Assembly (NCBI GenBank): GCA_964489885.1 | Contig: CAZAZX010000002.1 | Coordinates: 24,531-88,530 of the forward strand | DNA: 64,000 nucleotides | Direction of reading: 5' to 3' | Origin: an uncultured Lachnospiraceae bacterium | GTDB taxonomy: Bacteria; Bacillota; Clostridia; TANB77; CAG-508 | In this document: positions 9,068 to 18,448 of the stretch, in pieces | Layout of the letters: the number at the start of each line of letters is the position of its first letter | Numbering within the stretch: the stretch's first letter is position 1 | Notes under the pieces: model-generated | Databases searched by the model: none | What the model saw: the letters and a program-made list of their open reading frames with translations, nothing else | Told to the model about the DNA's origin: nothing | Position numbers and translations under genes: made by a program

Positions 9068-10342
9068 TTGAAAAATCAAGTTACTCAAATAAAAAATGGT
9101 ATTAGTTTGCACTGTATTGAAACACCAATTTTTAAAACTAATTTAGTTTCTGTTTTTATTACTTCTAAATTAAACCGAGATAATATAACAAAAGATGCTT
9201 TAATACCTGCTGTTTTAAGAAGAGGAACAAAAAACCTTAAGACACAAGAAGAAATTAGTAAATTGTTAGAAAATATGTATGGTGCTTCTTTTGATTGTGG
9301 AATTGAGAAAAGTGGAGATAATCATGTTTTAAAATTTTATTTAGAATCTTTAAATGATTCATATATAAAGAAATCAGAAAACTTAATGAAAAATAGTATT
9401 AGTACTTTATTAGAAATTGTTTTTAATCCATATATCGAAGATGGCAAATTTAAAAACGATTATGTAGAAAGTGAAAAAAATAATTTAAAACAAATTATTG
9501 AAGCAAAAATTGATAATAAAGATGCTTATGCTTATACACGAGCTGTCGAAGAAATGTTTAAAGATATGCCATATAGTTTATATAAATATGGTTATATTGA
9601 AGATTTAGAAAGTATTAATTCTGAAAACTTATACAAATATTATGAAGATTTATTGAAAAGAAGTAAAATAGATATTTTCGTATCTGGAAATGTACAAAAT
9701 GATAAAATTATTAATATTATTAAAGAAAATGAAAATATTTTGAATTTACAAGATAGAACACCTGATTTTTATATTAATAATGAAACTTCAGAAAAAAATG
9801 TAAAAAAAGATGAAGAATACTTTGAAGAAAAAATGAATATTGCACAAGGTAAACTTGTAATTGGTTTAAATATTCTTACTAATGAAAAAGAATCTCGTTT
9901 TCCTGCATTATTATACAATACAATTTTGGGTGATAGTGCAAATTCGAAATTATTTCAAAATGTTAGAGAAAAGGCACATTTAGCTTATACTGCAAGATCT
10001 GGATATGTTAGAACAAAGCAATGTATTTTTATTAGGGCTGGAATTGAAATTGAAAATTATGAAAAGGCCCTTGAAATAATCAAAGAACAAATTGATGATA
10101 TGAAAAATGGAAAATTTAATAATGAAGATATTGAAAATGCAAAAAAATATCTTATTTCTTCAATCGATTCTATTGAAGAAGAGCAAGATACAGAAATAAC
10201 ATACTATTTTGGTCAAGAACTTTCAAACGAATTTTATACACCAGAAGAGTATAAACAAAAAATAAAATCAATTTCAAAGGAAGATATAGAGGAAATTGCC
10301 AATAAAATTCAAATCAATACTATATTTTTCTTAAGAAATTAA
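9068..10342 (+). CDS. M16 family peptidase-like protein lacking the HxxEH motif (probable non-catalytic partner subunit)
   Basis: M16 fold-like sequence. TTG start with a good RBS. Paired with the downstream active M16 gene. Confidence 0.7.
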   Translation: MKNQVTQIKNGISLHCIETPIFKTNLVSVFITSKLNRDNITKDALIPAVLRRGTKNLKTQEEISKLLENMYGASFDCGIEKSGDNHVLKFYLESLNDSYIKKSENLMKNSISTLLEIVFNPYIEDGKFKNDYVESEKNNLKQIIEAKIDNKDAYAYTRAVEEMFKDMPYSLYKYGYIEDLESINSENLYKYYEDLLKRSKIDIFVSGNVQNDKIINIIKENENILNLQDRTPDFYINNETSEKNVKKDEEYFEEKMNIAQGKLVIGLNILTNEKESRFPALLYNTILGDSANSKLFQNVREKAHLAYTARSGYVRTKQCIFIRAGIEIENYEKALEIIKEQIDDMKNGKFNNEDIENAKKYLISSIDSIEEEQDTEITYYFGQELSNEFYTPEEYKQKIKSISKEDIEEIANKIQINTIFFLRN

Positions 10343-10379
10343 GATTTGCTTAATTTTGTTTAAATTTGGGGGAATGAAA

Positions 10380-11654
10380 ATGCAAATAATTGAAAATACA
10401 AAAGTTAAAGAAAAAGCTTATATAGAAAAATTAGAAAATGGTTTAACTGTTATTATTATTCCTAAAAAGGGAATAAAGAAAAAGTATGCAATTTGGGGAA
10501 CTAGATATGGTTCTAATAATAATAAATTTATTGTACCCGGAGAAACTGAAATTACACAAGTTCCTGATGGGGTAGCACATTTTTTAGAACATAAAATGTT
10601 TGAACAAGAAAATGGAAGAAATAGTTTAGACGTATTAACAAGTCTAGGTGTTAATGCAAATGCTTATACAACAAATGATCATACAGCATATTTGTTTGAA
10701 TGTACTGATAATTTTGAACCTGCCTTTTCAGAACTTGCAGATTATATTCAACATCCTTATTTTACAGATGAAAATGTTGAAAAGGAAAAAGGAATTATTG
10801 GGCAAGAAATCAGTATGTATGATGATGACCCAGGATGGTCAGTCTATCTAAATGCAATGAAAGCAATGTATGTTAATAATCCAGTTAGAATAGATATAGC
10901 AGGAACGCAAGAAACAATTTCTAAGATTGACAAAGATATTTTATATAAATGCTATAAAACGTTTTATCATCCAAGCAATATGGCCCTAGTTTTATGTGGA
11001 GATTTTGAACCAGAAAAAATGATAGAAATAATAAGACAAAAACAAGTACTAACACAAAGACAGGGTGAAATTAAAAAGATATTCGAAGATGAACCTGATG
11101 GAATAAATGAGAAAGAAATAAAAGTTCAAATGGAAGTAAGTATTCCTAACTTTATAATTGCATATAAAGACAAGCTTGAAAAAGAAAATATAGTTAAAAG
11201 AAGTTTAACTATATATATGTTATTAAACATTATTTTTGGAAAAAGTTCTAATTTATATAAGCAACTATATTCAGAAGGATTATTAATCCAAGAGCCAGAT
11301 ACTGCGTATGAATACTCATACGATTATGCACATATTGCAATTGGTGGACAATCTACAGAACCACACAAAATTTTAGATTCTTTAAATAACGAAATTAAAA
11401 ATTTGATTCAAAATGGAATTAATGAAGATGATTTCAACAGAGTTAAAAAAATGGTTTATGGAGATTATGTAAAAGAATATAATGACGTAGGAAATATAGC
11501 AAGAATGTTTTTAACAGATTATTTAAAAGGAATTAATAGTTTTGACTATTTAGAAACAATAGATATTATTACAAAAGAATATGCAGAACAATTGCTAAAA
11601 GAGGTTTTTAATGAAGATAAACAGATTATATCAATTGTAGAGCCAAAACAATAA
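10380..11654 (+). CDS. M16 family zinc peptidase (insulinase-like) with an HxxEH active-site motif
   Basis: The HFLEH zinc-binding motif (within VAHFLEHKMFEQENG) is in the N-domain. The track ORF starts at 10356, but the ATG at 10380 has the better RBS. Confidence 0.8.
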   Translation: MQIIENTKVKEKAYIEKLENGLTVIIIPKKGIKKKYAIWGTRYGSNNNKFIVPGETEITQVPDGVAHFLEHKMFEQENGRNSLDVLTSLGVNANAYTTNDHTAYLFECTDNFEPAFSELADYIQHPYFTDENVEKEKGIIGQEISMYDDDPGWSVYLNAMKAMYVNNPVRIDIAGTQETISKIDKDILYKCYKTFYHPSNMALVLCGDFEPEKMIEIIRQKQVLTQRQGEIKKIFEDEPDGINEKEIKVQMEVSIPNFIIAYKDKLEKENIVKRSLTIYMLLNIIFGKSSNLYKQLYSEGLLIQEPDTAYEYSYDYAHIAIGGQSTEPHKILDSLNNEIKNLIQNGINEDDFNRVKKMVYGDYVKEYNDVGNIARMFLTDYLKGINSFDYLETIDIITKEYAEQLLKEVFNEDKQIISIVEPKQ

Positions 11655-11836
11655 AAAATAATAGATTCTTTTACTCTTTACTGTCATATTTAGTCATATA
11701 TTTTAGGAAAAACAAAAAAATTTAAGAAATTTGAATTATGATTTTCTTGAAAAATACTGTATTATTATTGAAAGCATTGTAAAAATATGGTATTATATGT
11801 ATAGAGTTTTATTTGACCATTAGGAGAGTGGTGAAT

Positions 11837-11989
11837 ATGATAAATGACGAAATATGTAGGCTGAGAGAAAAATTGAATGATAGCATAATTAATGGAGAAA
11901 ATTACGAAAAAATATATCAAATAAGTGTTGAACTAGATGAATTAATTGCAAATTATTATAAAGAAGAATATAAAAAACAAAAAACGTAG
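11837..11989 (+). CDS. Spo0E-like sporulation regulatory protein (aspartyl-phosphate phosphatase family), 50 aa, not in the ORF track
   Basis: MINDEICRLREKLNDSIINGENYEKIYQISVELDELIANYYKEEYKKQKT is a Spo0E-family helix-loop-helix pattern. RBS GGAGAG lies upstream. The gene ends at the terminator at 12031. Confidence 0.55.
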   Translation: MINDEICRLREKLNDSIINGENYEKIYQISVELDELIANYYKEEYKKQKT

Positions 11990-12030
11990 GAGAATAAAGA
12001 AATATTAAAGTTAATGAACTTGAGCTAAAA

Positions 12031-12066
12031 TAGAGAGGCGGTCAATAAATGACCGCCTCTTTTTGA
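12031..12066. terminator. Bidirectional GC-rich hairpin terminator between the Spo0E-like gene (+) and the 12078 gene (-)
   Basis: agaggcggtca-ataaat-tgaccgcctct with T runs on both sides. Confidence 0.6.
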
Positions 12067-12077
12067 GGTTGCTGACT

Positions 12078-12596
12078 TTAGCGCGAAAAATAAAGATAAA
12101 CTCTATTTTCCGTAATAACGTTAAGACCCATTTCGCTTGCGAGCCTACGGTAGAGCGCCCTGTCAACGGTTTTTGGAAGGTATATTGGTTCACCAGAAGA
12201 AATCGCATTTGCAATGTTCTGAAGAGCCGTTTCCTCCCGGACATCCAATGGCTTTGAAGTAGACATTGAGCCGAGTTCAATGTTCTGCCCCATTTGACCA
12301 TGAGCAGCAATTACGTAAACGTAATTGGGCTGCTCATACCGCCCGCCATTGCGACGAGCAATTTCTCGCCGCTGGCGTTCCCAGCGATTACGATCCTTAA
12401 TGGACCGCAAAAACTGATCTGAATATTCACGCAGAGTTTGCCGGTATAGCCTTACGGCTTCATAGCGGGTCTCTCGCTTGATATCGTCCCAAAAGGAACG
12501 ATGGCTGCTGGCTTCAGCCTCAGATGGCGCAAAATTTGCACCCATCATGAAGGCGAAAAGCACAGCTAAAAAGCAATTAACAACTTTCCGCAACAT
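12078..12596 (-). CDS. Small secreted protein (signal peptide ...APSEAEA|SS) in a second GC-rich foreign island
   Basis: The G+C is far above the flanks. Strong RBS GGAGGAGG. Several in-frame CGG codons. The product is an Arg/Glu-rich secreted protein. Confidence 0.6.
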   Translation of the reverse strand: MLRKVVNCFLAVLFAFMMGANFAPSEAEASSHRSFWDDIKRETRYEAVRLYRQTLREYSDQFLRSIKDRNRWERQRREIARRNGGRYEQPNYVYVIAAHGQMGQNIELGSMSTSKPLDVREETALQNIANAISSGEPIYLPKTVDRALYRRLASEMGLNVITENRVYLYFSR

Positions 12597-12731
12597 AAGT
12601 CATTCCTCCTCCTTTTAAGTAGAACACATTGCGATTAATAAAATTATACTATAATTTTCAATAAAAATCAAGAATTTATATGCTTTTTAAGGTGTTATAG
12701 CGCAAAAAACTAACATTTTTTATTAAAATTA

Positions 12732-12760
12732 TTGCATTTTATAAAAACATAGTTTATAAT
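12732..12760 (+). promoter_or_regulatory. Putative promoter of the pilin-like gene cluster (TTGCAT-17-TATAAT)
   Basis: -35 at 12732-12737 and -10 at 12755-12760. Confidence 0.35.
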
Positions 12761-12810
12761 TAAATTATAAGTATGGAAAAAAATGAGTAAAATAAAAAGG
12801 AGGCAATAAT

Positions 12811-13176
12811 ATGTCAAAAAAATTATTAATGGGAGTAGTAGCAGTCTTAACAGCTTTATTATTATTTACAATGGTTGTTCCAGCTTTTGCAGTAGACAAT
12901 CCGGATGAATTTTTTGATCCTGAAACATCTGGAGGGGTGGCTGATAATTTTAGAACAGCATCTAATACAATAATAGGTGTAGTTCAAGTTGTAGGAACAG
13001 CAGTTGCAATTGTTATGTTAATATGGTTAGGTATAAAATATGTTATAGCAGCACCAGATGAAAAGGCAAATATTAAGCAATCTGCCTTTATATATATAAT
13101 AGCTGCAGTATTTATTTTCGCAGCATCAAATATATTGGCAATTCTTCAAAGATTTTCACAAGACATTACTAAATAA
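12811..13176 (+). CDS. VirB2/TrbC-like T4SS pilin family protein (signal peptide plus two hydrophobic helices), paralog 1
   Basis: Signal peptide ending PAFA, then IIGVVQVVGTAVAIVMLIWLGIKYV and FIYIIAAVFIFAASNILAIL. The topology is that of TrbC/VirB2. Confidence 0.5.
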   Translation: MSKKLLMGVVAVLTALLLFTMVVPAFAVDNPDEFFDPETSGGVADNFRTASNTIIGVVQVVGTAVAIVMLIWLGIKYVIAAPDEKANIKQSAFIYIIAAVFIFAASNILAILQRFSQDITK

Positions 13177-13205
13177 TCTTAATTTAATATACAATAAAAG
13201 TTTGG

Positions 13206-13240
13206 TAGGTACGGCATTTGATACCGTACCTAATTTTATT
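13206..13240 (+). terminator. Hairpin or attenuator after pilin paralog 1
   Basis: ggtacggcat-ttg-ataccgtacc followed by an A/T-rich run. Confidence 0.4.
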
Positions 13241-13293
13241 AAAAAGGAAAATTTAATTTATTAATTAATTTTTTAGAAAGGAATACAATTATT

Positions 13294-13656
13294 ATGAAAA
13301 AGAATGTATTAAAAGTTGTTGCTTTATTGTTAATTATATTTGGGGCCTATTTTTTAGTTGCACAGCCTGCATTTGCAGGAGATCCACTTTCAGGAGTTCA
13401 AGCTGAAGATACAGAGGCTTCTGGAAAAGTTAAAACAGCTGGAAATAAAATAATAGGTATAGTTCAAGTAGTAGGAACAGCAGTAGCTGTTGTTATGCTA
13501 CTTTGGTTAGGAATTAAATATATAGTAGCAGCACCAGATGAAAAAGCAAACATTAAACAATCTTCATTTATATATGTTATTGGAGCTATATTCTTATTTG
13601 CAGCAGTAAATATACTAGGAATTATAAATACTTTTGCAAATGACATAACAAAATAA
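13294..13656 (+). CDS. VirB2/TrbC-like pilin family protein, paralog 2
   Basis: Highly similar to paralog 1 (IIGIVQVVGTAVAVVMLLWLGIKYIVAAPDEKANIKQ). Confidence 0.5.
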   Translation: MKKNVLKVVALLLIIFGAYFLVAQPAFAGDPLSGVQAEDTEASGKVKTAGNKIIGIVQVVGTAVAVVMLLWLGIKYIVAAPDEKANIKQSSFIYVIGAIFLFAAVNILGIINTFANDITK

Positions 13657-13678
13657 AATAATAAAAGAGTGATGTAAA

Positions 13679-14041
13679 ATGAAAAAAAAGATAATTACAA
13701 CTTTATTAACTCTATTGCTAATTACATTTGCCTTATCAATACCTGTATTTGCAGATCCTCCAGGTTCAAGTTCGCTATCTGGAATTAATAACCCATGGGG
13801 AACAAACAGTCAGCTAAGGAGTGCAGGAAATAAGGTAATAGGAATTGTATGGGCAGTTGGAGGAGTTGCATCTGTAATATTTTTAATGATGCTTGGAATT
13901 AGATATATGATTGCTAGCCCAGACGAAAAGGCACAAGTTAAGCAACAATTGATTCCATTTGTGTTTGGTGCTATTTTGACTTTTGGCGCAATAAATATAA
14001 TTGGAATAGTAGGAACTTTTGCCTCAAACATATTTAAATAA
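13679..14041 (+). CDS. VirB2/TrbC-like pilin family protein, paralog 3
   Basis: Same architecture (VIGIVWAVGGVASVIFLMMLGIRYMIASPDEKAQVKQ). Confidence 0.5.
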   Translation: MKKKIITTLLTLLLITFALSIPVFADPPGSSSLSGINNPWGTNSQLRSAGNKVIGIVWAVGGVASVIFLMMLGIRYMIASPDEKAQVKQQLIPFVFGAILTFGAINIIGIVGTFASNIFK

Positions 14042-14073
14042 AATAATACTAATGAAATTTAATATGGTTGCAT

Positions 14074-14112
14074 AAGATAAATAATTTAAAGATTATTTAT
14101 CTTTTTTTTTAC
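14074..14112 (+). terminator. Rho-independent terminator after pilin paralog 3
   Basis: agataaataat-ttaaag-attatttatct plus a T9 run. Confidence 0.6.
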
Positions 14113-14344
14113 TTTTTTTTTACAAAAAAATTTCAAAAACTTAAAAAAACTCTTTCCGTAAGGAATTTTTAATTAATAAATTTTTGCTTTATTACGAATA
14201 TGTTACATTTTGCAATAATAAGTTTTAATTGTACTATTTTTGTTGAAATATAGATGAATATAAGGTATAATTAATATATCTGTAAACTAGTTATATGTTG
14301 TTAAAAACATAATATTTTGTATAAATAAGAAAGGGAGAAATATA

Positions 14345-14752
14345 ATGAATAAAATTATTAGAATAATTTCATTAATTTTTTTAATTTTAATGTTTTTTTA
14401 TCCAATGACTTCTGAGGTAAGAGCAGATACATTTACAGGCTCAGACTCAATAATATCTCAAGGAAATGATTGGATAAGAAAAGGAAAAGATGCTGGAATA
14501 GTTAAAGAAGAGGATGTATCTAAAATTGTTTTGCCAATAGGTCAGTTTTTAGTTGGACTTGGAGCAATAATATTAGTTATAGTAACAATAGTGATGGGAA
14601 TTAAATATATGGCATCTTCAGATGCAAGAGCACAGGCAGATATAAAACAAAGATTAATATGGGTTGTTGTTGCTGCAGTTGTAATATTTGGAGCATATAC
14701 AATTTGGACAATTACATATAACTTTATGGCTGATGTCACTAATCTTAATTAA
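14345..14752 (+). CDS. VirB2/TrbC-like pilin family protein, divergent paralog 4
   Basis: Signal peptide plus two hydrophobic helices. The ...GIKYMASSDARAQADIKQ... motif is shared with paralogs 1-3. Confidence 0.45.
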   Translation: MNKIIRIISLIFLILMFFYPMTSEVRADTFTGSDSIISQGNDWIRKGKDAGIVKEEDVSKIVLPIGQFLVGLGAIILVIVTIVMGIKYMASSDARAQADIKQRLIWVVVAAVVIFGAYTIWTITYNFMADVTNLN

Positions 14753-14775
14753 TAAAATACAAAGGAGGAGAAAAT

Positions 14776-15141
14776 ATGGGAACTTATTATATTCCGCGTA
14801 ATCTTAGAGGTGAAACAAGAATTCTATATATTTTTACTGTAAAATCTCTAATATCAACTGCAATTGGGGGAGTAATTGGACTTGTGTTCTATTTTTTATT
14901 TGCAGCAATGGGAATTAAAGTGGCAGGAATTATTACAATGGCAGTGTTTGCCTTAATTGGATTTGGAATTGGTACAATTAAAATACCAACAGTTGCCGGA
15001 TTACCATTTACAAAAAAAATTGGTGGAGAACCACTAAGTGAAATAATTAGAAGATATATTAAGTTTAGAATGAATAGAAAGATTTATACATATTATACAA
15101 AAGATTCAGTACGTACAAAGGAGGAAAATAAAAATGGATAA
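14776..15141 (+). CDS. PrgI/TcpE-like (VirB3-like) small T4SS membrane protein
   Basis: 121 aa with two TM helices, lying immediately upstream of the VirB4-like gene. Confidence 0.5.
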   Translation: MGTYYIPRNLRGETRILYIFTVKSLISTAIGGVIGLVFYFLFAAMGIKVAGIITMAVFALIGFGIGTIKIPTVAGLPFTKKIGGEPLSEIIRRYIKFRMNRKIYTYYTKDSVRTKEENKNG

Positions 15142-16372
15142 TGCTGTTAACTTATTAAATATTGTATTAGTGGTTTTAGTCTTTATAATTATGTTTTTAG
15201 GGTTGCTATACTTTTTTGTTTGGTATAGAAATAAAAACAAAACTAAGGAAGAAATTAAAGCAACAGAAAAAGGAAAAAATTCTTCAGAATATGTATCACC
15301 AATTGATGGAAGATTAACAAAAGATTCTATATATAAGTTTATGGAATTTGATGAAATTAAGGATAATATGATAATAAGAAAAAATAGAACACAATATGTT
15401 ATGGTAATCCAATGTCAAGGTGTTAATTATGACTTATTGTCAGAGGCTGAAAAGGTTGCAGTTGAAGAAGGTTTTGTTCAATTTTTGAACACACTTCGCT
15501 TTCAAGTTCAATTATATGTTCAAACAAGAAGTTTAAATTTAAGAGATATTATTGAAGAATATAATAAAAAAGTTGGAACTATACAAAAAGAAGTTGAACA
15601 ATTAAGAGCAAAAATTCAAATAGCTGCAAATAGTGGAAATACAGCTCAATTTGATAGATTAAAATTTGAAGAGAGAAGAAAAATAAATATCCTTGAATAT
15701 GGAAGGGATATTTCAGAATACATAGGAAGAATGAGTCTAAATAGAAATGTACTACAACAAAAAACATACATTGTAGTTTCTTATTTTGTAAGTGAATTAG
15801 GTGGAGTTGCAAATTATTCTAAGGAAGAAATAGATAATATGTGTTTCTCAGAATTATATACAAGAGCACAAGCTATTATTAGATCACTTGCTTCATGTGA
15901 AGTATCAGGAAGAATATTAAATTCAGAAGAATTGGCAGAACTTTTATATATTGCATATAACAGGGATGATGCAGAATTATTACAATTATCAAAAGCTTTA
16001 GATGCAGAGTATGATGCCTTATATTCAACTTCAAAAGACGTTTTAGAAAAGAGAGAAAAATTATTAGATAAAAAATTAGAAGAAGAAGCTGTAGAATTGG
16101 CAACAAAGAGCATTATAAGTGCTGATGAAAAACTTGAAAAAGAAAAAGAAGAAAAGGCAAAACATGATAAAAAATTAAGACAAAAAGCAACTAGAATTGT
16201 AAATGAATATAAAAGCCAAATGGAGCCAGAGCTATATAATAAAACATTAGAAGAGATTAAGAATGAGACAAGCGAAACAAAAGAAGATGAAGAATTAGAG
16301 GAAATAGATGAAGAGGTAGAAGAGGCTAGTACACCAAAGAAGAGAAAAGGAAGACCAAAGAAAGCTGAATAA
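15134..16372 (+). CDS. T4SS-associated membrane protein (N-terminal TM, VirB4-N-domain-like motif, Lys/Glu-rich coiled-coil C-terminus)
   Basis: YVMVIQCQGVNYDLLSEAEKV...FLNTLRFQVQLYVQTR resembles VirB4/TrbE N-domain pattern. No ATPase motifs are present. Confidence 0.4.
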   Translation: MDNAVNLLNIVLVVLVFIIMFLGLLYFFVWYRNKNKTKEEIKATEKGKNSSEYVSPIDGRLTKDSIYKFMEFDEIKDNMIIRKNRTQYVMVIQCQGVNYDLLSEAEKVAVEEGFVQFLNTLRFQVQLYVQTRSLNLRDIIEEYNKKVGTIQKEVEQLRAKIQIAANSGNTAQFDRLKFEERRKINILEYGRDISEYIGRMSLNRNVLQQKTYIVVSYFVSELGGVANYSKEEIDNMCFSELYTRAQAIIRSLASCEVSGRILNSEELAELLYIAYNRDDAELLQLSKALDAEYDALYSTSKDVLEKREKLLDKKLEEEAVELATKSIISADEKLEKEKEEKAKHDKKLRQKATRIVNEYKSQMEPELYNKTLEEIKNETSETKEDEELEEIDEEVEEASTPKKRKGRPKKAE

Positions 16373-16410
16373 TAGACAGTAAAATTAAAGACCAAAGAGG
16401 AGGAAGTTTA

Positions 16411-18381
16411 ATGTTTGGAAGTAAAAAGAAAAAAGAAAGTGTTGAACCAATTGTAAAAACTGAATATAAAAAACAAGATTTTATAAGTGGCAATGTAAAA
16501 AATATAAAAGATTTAATTGCACCTGCTGGAATTAATGCAGGAAATGTTAATCATTTGGAAATCATATCAAATACTACAAGATATGCTAGAACTATGCTTG
16601 TAAGTACTATTCCTAGAATGTGTACATTTCCAGAGTTTTTAAGAGGAATGTACACTTTTGGAGATGTAAATGTTTCTGTATTTATTAATCCTGTAAGTGA
16701 AAGTTCATCACAAACAGATTTGAATAGAACAATTAATGAACTTGAATCTGAAAGAATTGTTGCTATGGACAGAGGAGATATAAACAGAGAAAGAATATTG
16801 GCTCAAAAAAGAGCTGAAGCAGAAGCTCTAAGAGATGAAATAGCAAGTGGATTTAACAAATTATTTGAATCATCAATTATGTGCACATTGTTTGCATATA
16901 GTCTTGAAGAACTTGATAAATACACAGAAATGCTTTCTGCAGAAATGTCAAAAACATTAATAGGTGTAAAGCCTGCTTGGGCATTACAAGATGAAGCTTT
17001 CCGTAGTAATATACCATTTGGTGAAGATAAAATAAATAAAAAACACAACTTTGACAGAAGATCAATGTCAACAGTATTTCCATTTTTCCAATCTGAGGTA
17101 GGTCACGACAAAGGTATACCTTTGGCATTTAATAGACAAACAGGGTTACCAATTTTATTTGATAATTTTAGCCCAACACTTGCGAATTATAATATGGTTA
17201 TATTTGGAAAGTCTGGTGCAGGTAAGGGTGTTACAATTAAAACATTAACAGCACGTTCTTCTGTTTTAGAAGGTATTGAAAGCTTAGCACTTGATGCTGA
17301 AGGTGAGTATGGAATTGTTGCAGATGCTTTAGGTGGAATTAATGTTACAATAAGTCCTAACTCAAAAACAGTTATTAATCTATTTGATGTTGAACCAGAA
17401 ACTGTTAGAGATGAAATTACAGGAAAAGAAAGAGTTATTTTAAATATAGAAAATAAAGTAGAAGATGTAACTCAAGCATTATTAACAATGGCAAGAGGAA
17501 GCACAAGAAGTCAAGAAGTTAACGAATTAACTAAACAAATTATAGCTGAAGCTGTTGCAGAAGAATATGCTTCAAGAGGTATAACTGATAATATAGAAAG
17601 TTTATATGAAAATGATGGACCAATTGTAAATAAAAACTTTTTAGGTAGACAAAAGAAAGAAATGCCAACTATAGGTTCTTGGTATAAGAGGATTTCAAAG
17701 TTAGCACAAACAAATACAAACCCAGATTATCGTTTTCACTATAGTTATTTAATAAAGGTTATGAAACAATATGTAAGAGAATATGACGGCCAAATGGCAT
17801 ATTTTGATGGACAATCAACATTTGAATTGCTTGATGGTGTTCCATTTATTAATCTTGATATTTCAAATTTGGAAGAGCGTTTTGCAAGACCTCTTGCACA
17901 ACAAATATTGCTTTCTTGGATTTGGGAGAAATATGTAAAGAAAAATAGTGAGGATAGATCAAAGGCTGCTAAAAAAAGAGTACTTGTTGATGAAGCATGG
18001 ATGTTACTTCCATACCCTGAGGCTGTTGATTTCTTAAATACAATGGCTAGACGTGCAAGAAAGAGAAATGTTTCACTAGCAGTTATTTCACAAAAATTCC
18101 AAGATTTTTATGAAAAACCTGAAGTACAAGCAGTTTTAACATCATCAGATACTAAACTATTTTTAGCACAGGATAAATCTGAAATTGATTATATAAAAGA
18201 AGTGTTTAAACTAAGTGAAGGTGAAGCATATTTTCTAACAACATGTAGCCGTGGTGAAGGGCTATTAAAAGTTGGAGAAGATACTGCAATTATTGCAATT
18301 AAACCAACTAAAAAAGAATTTGAATTTGTAGAAACAAACTTAAATGTTTTAAGAAAAGAAGACAAGAAAAAAATAAGATAA
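16411..18381 (+). CDS. VirB4/TrbE/TcpF-like T4SS ATPase
   Basis: P-loop-like IFGKSGAGKGVT, Walker B/DEAW box VLVDEAWMLL, and a VirB4-type N-domain (APAGINAG...RYARTMLVSTIP). Confidence 0.65.
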   Translation: MFGSKKKKESVEPIVKTEYKKQDFISGNVKNIKDLIAPAGINAGNVNHLEIISNTTRYARTMLVSTIPRMCTFPEFLRGMYTFGDVNVSVFINPVSESSSQTDLNRTINELESERIVAMDRGDINRERILAQKRAEAEALRDEIASGFNKLFESSIMCTLFAYSLEELDKYTEMLSAEMSKTLIGVKPAWALQDEAFRSNIPFGEDKINKKHNFDRRSMSTVFPFFQSEVGHDKGIPLAFNRQTGLPILFDNFSPTLANYNMVIFGKSGAGKGVTIKTLTARSSVLEGIESLALDAEGEYGIVADALGGINVTISPNSKTVINLFDVEPETVRDEITGKERVILNIENKVEDVTQALLTMARGSTRSQEVNELTKQIIAEAVAEEYASRGITDNIESLYENDGPIVNKNFLGRQKKEMPTIGSWYKRISKLAQTNTNPDYRFHYSYLIKVMKQYVREYDGQMAYFDGQSTFELLDGVPFINLDISNLEERFARPLAQQILLSWIWEKYVKKNSEDRSKAAKKRVLVDEAWMLLPYPEAVDFLNTMARRARKRNVSLAVISQKFQDFYEKPEVQAVLTSSDTKLFLAQDKSEIDYIKEVFKLSEGEAYFLTTCSRGEGLLKVGEDTAIIAIKPTKKEFEFVETNLNVLRKEDKKKIR

Positions 18382-18448
18382 TGTCTAAAAATTAAAGAAT
18401 ATAGCATTTATTTTAAAAGTAGAAGATAATTTTATGGAAGGTGTGTAT

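Noticed and set aside
15814-16395. 193-aa minus-strand ORF antisense to the T4SS gene 15134..16372
   Set aside because: It gives a serine/phenylalanine low-complexity translation of the antisense of a Lys/Glu-rich coding region and has no RBS. It is spurious.
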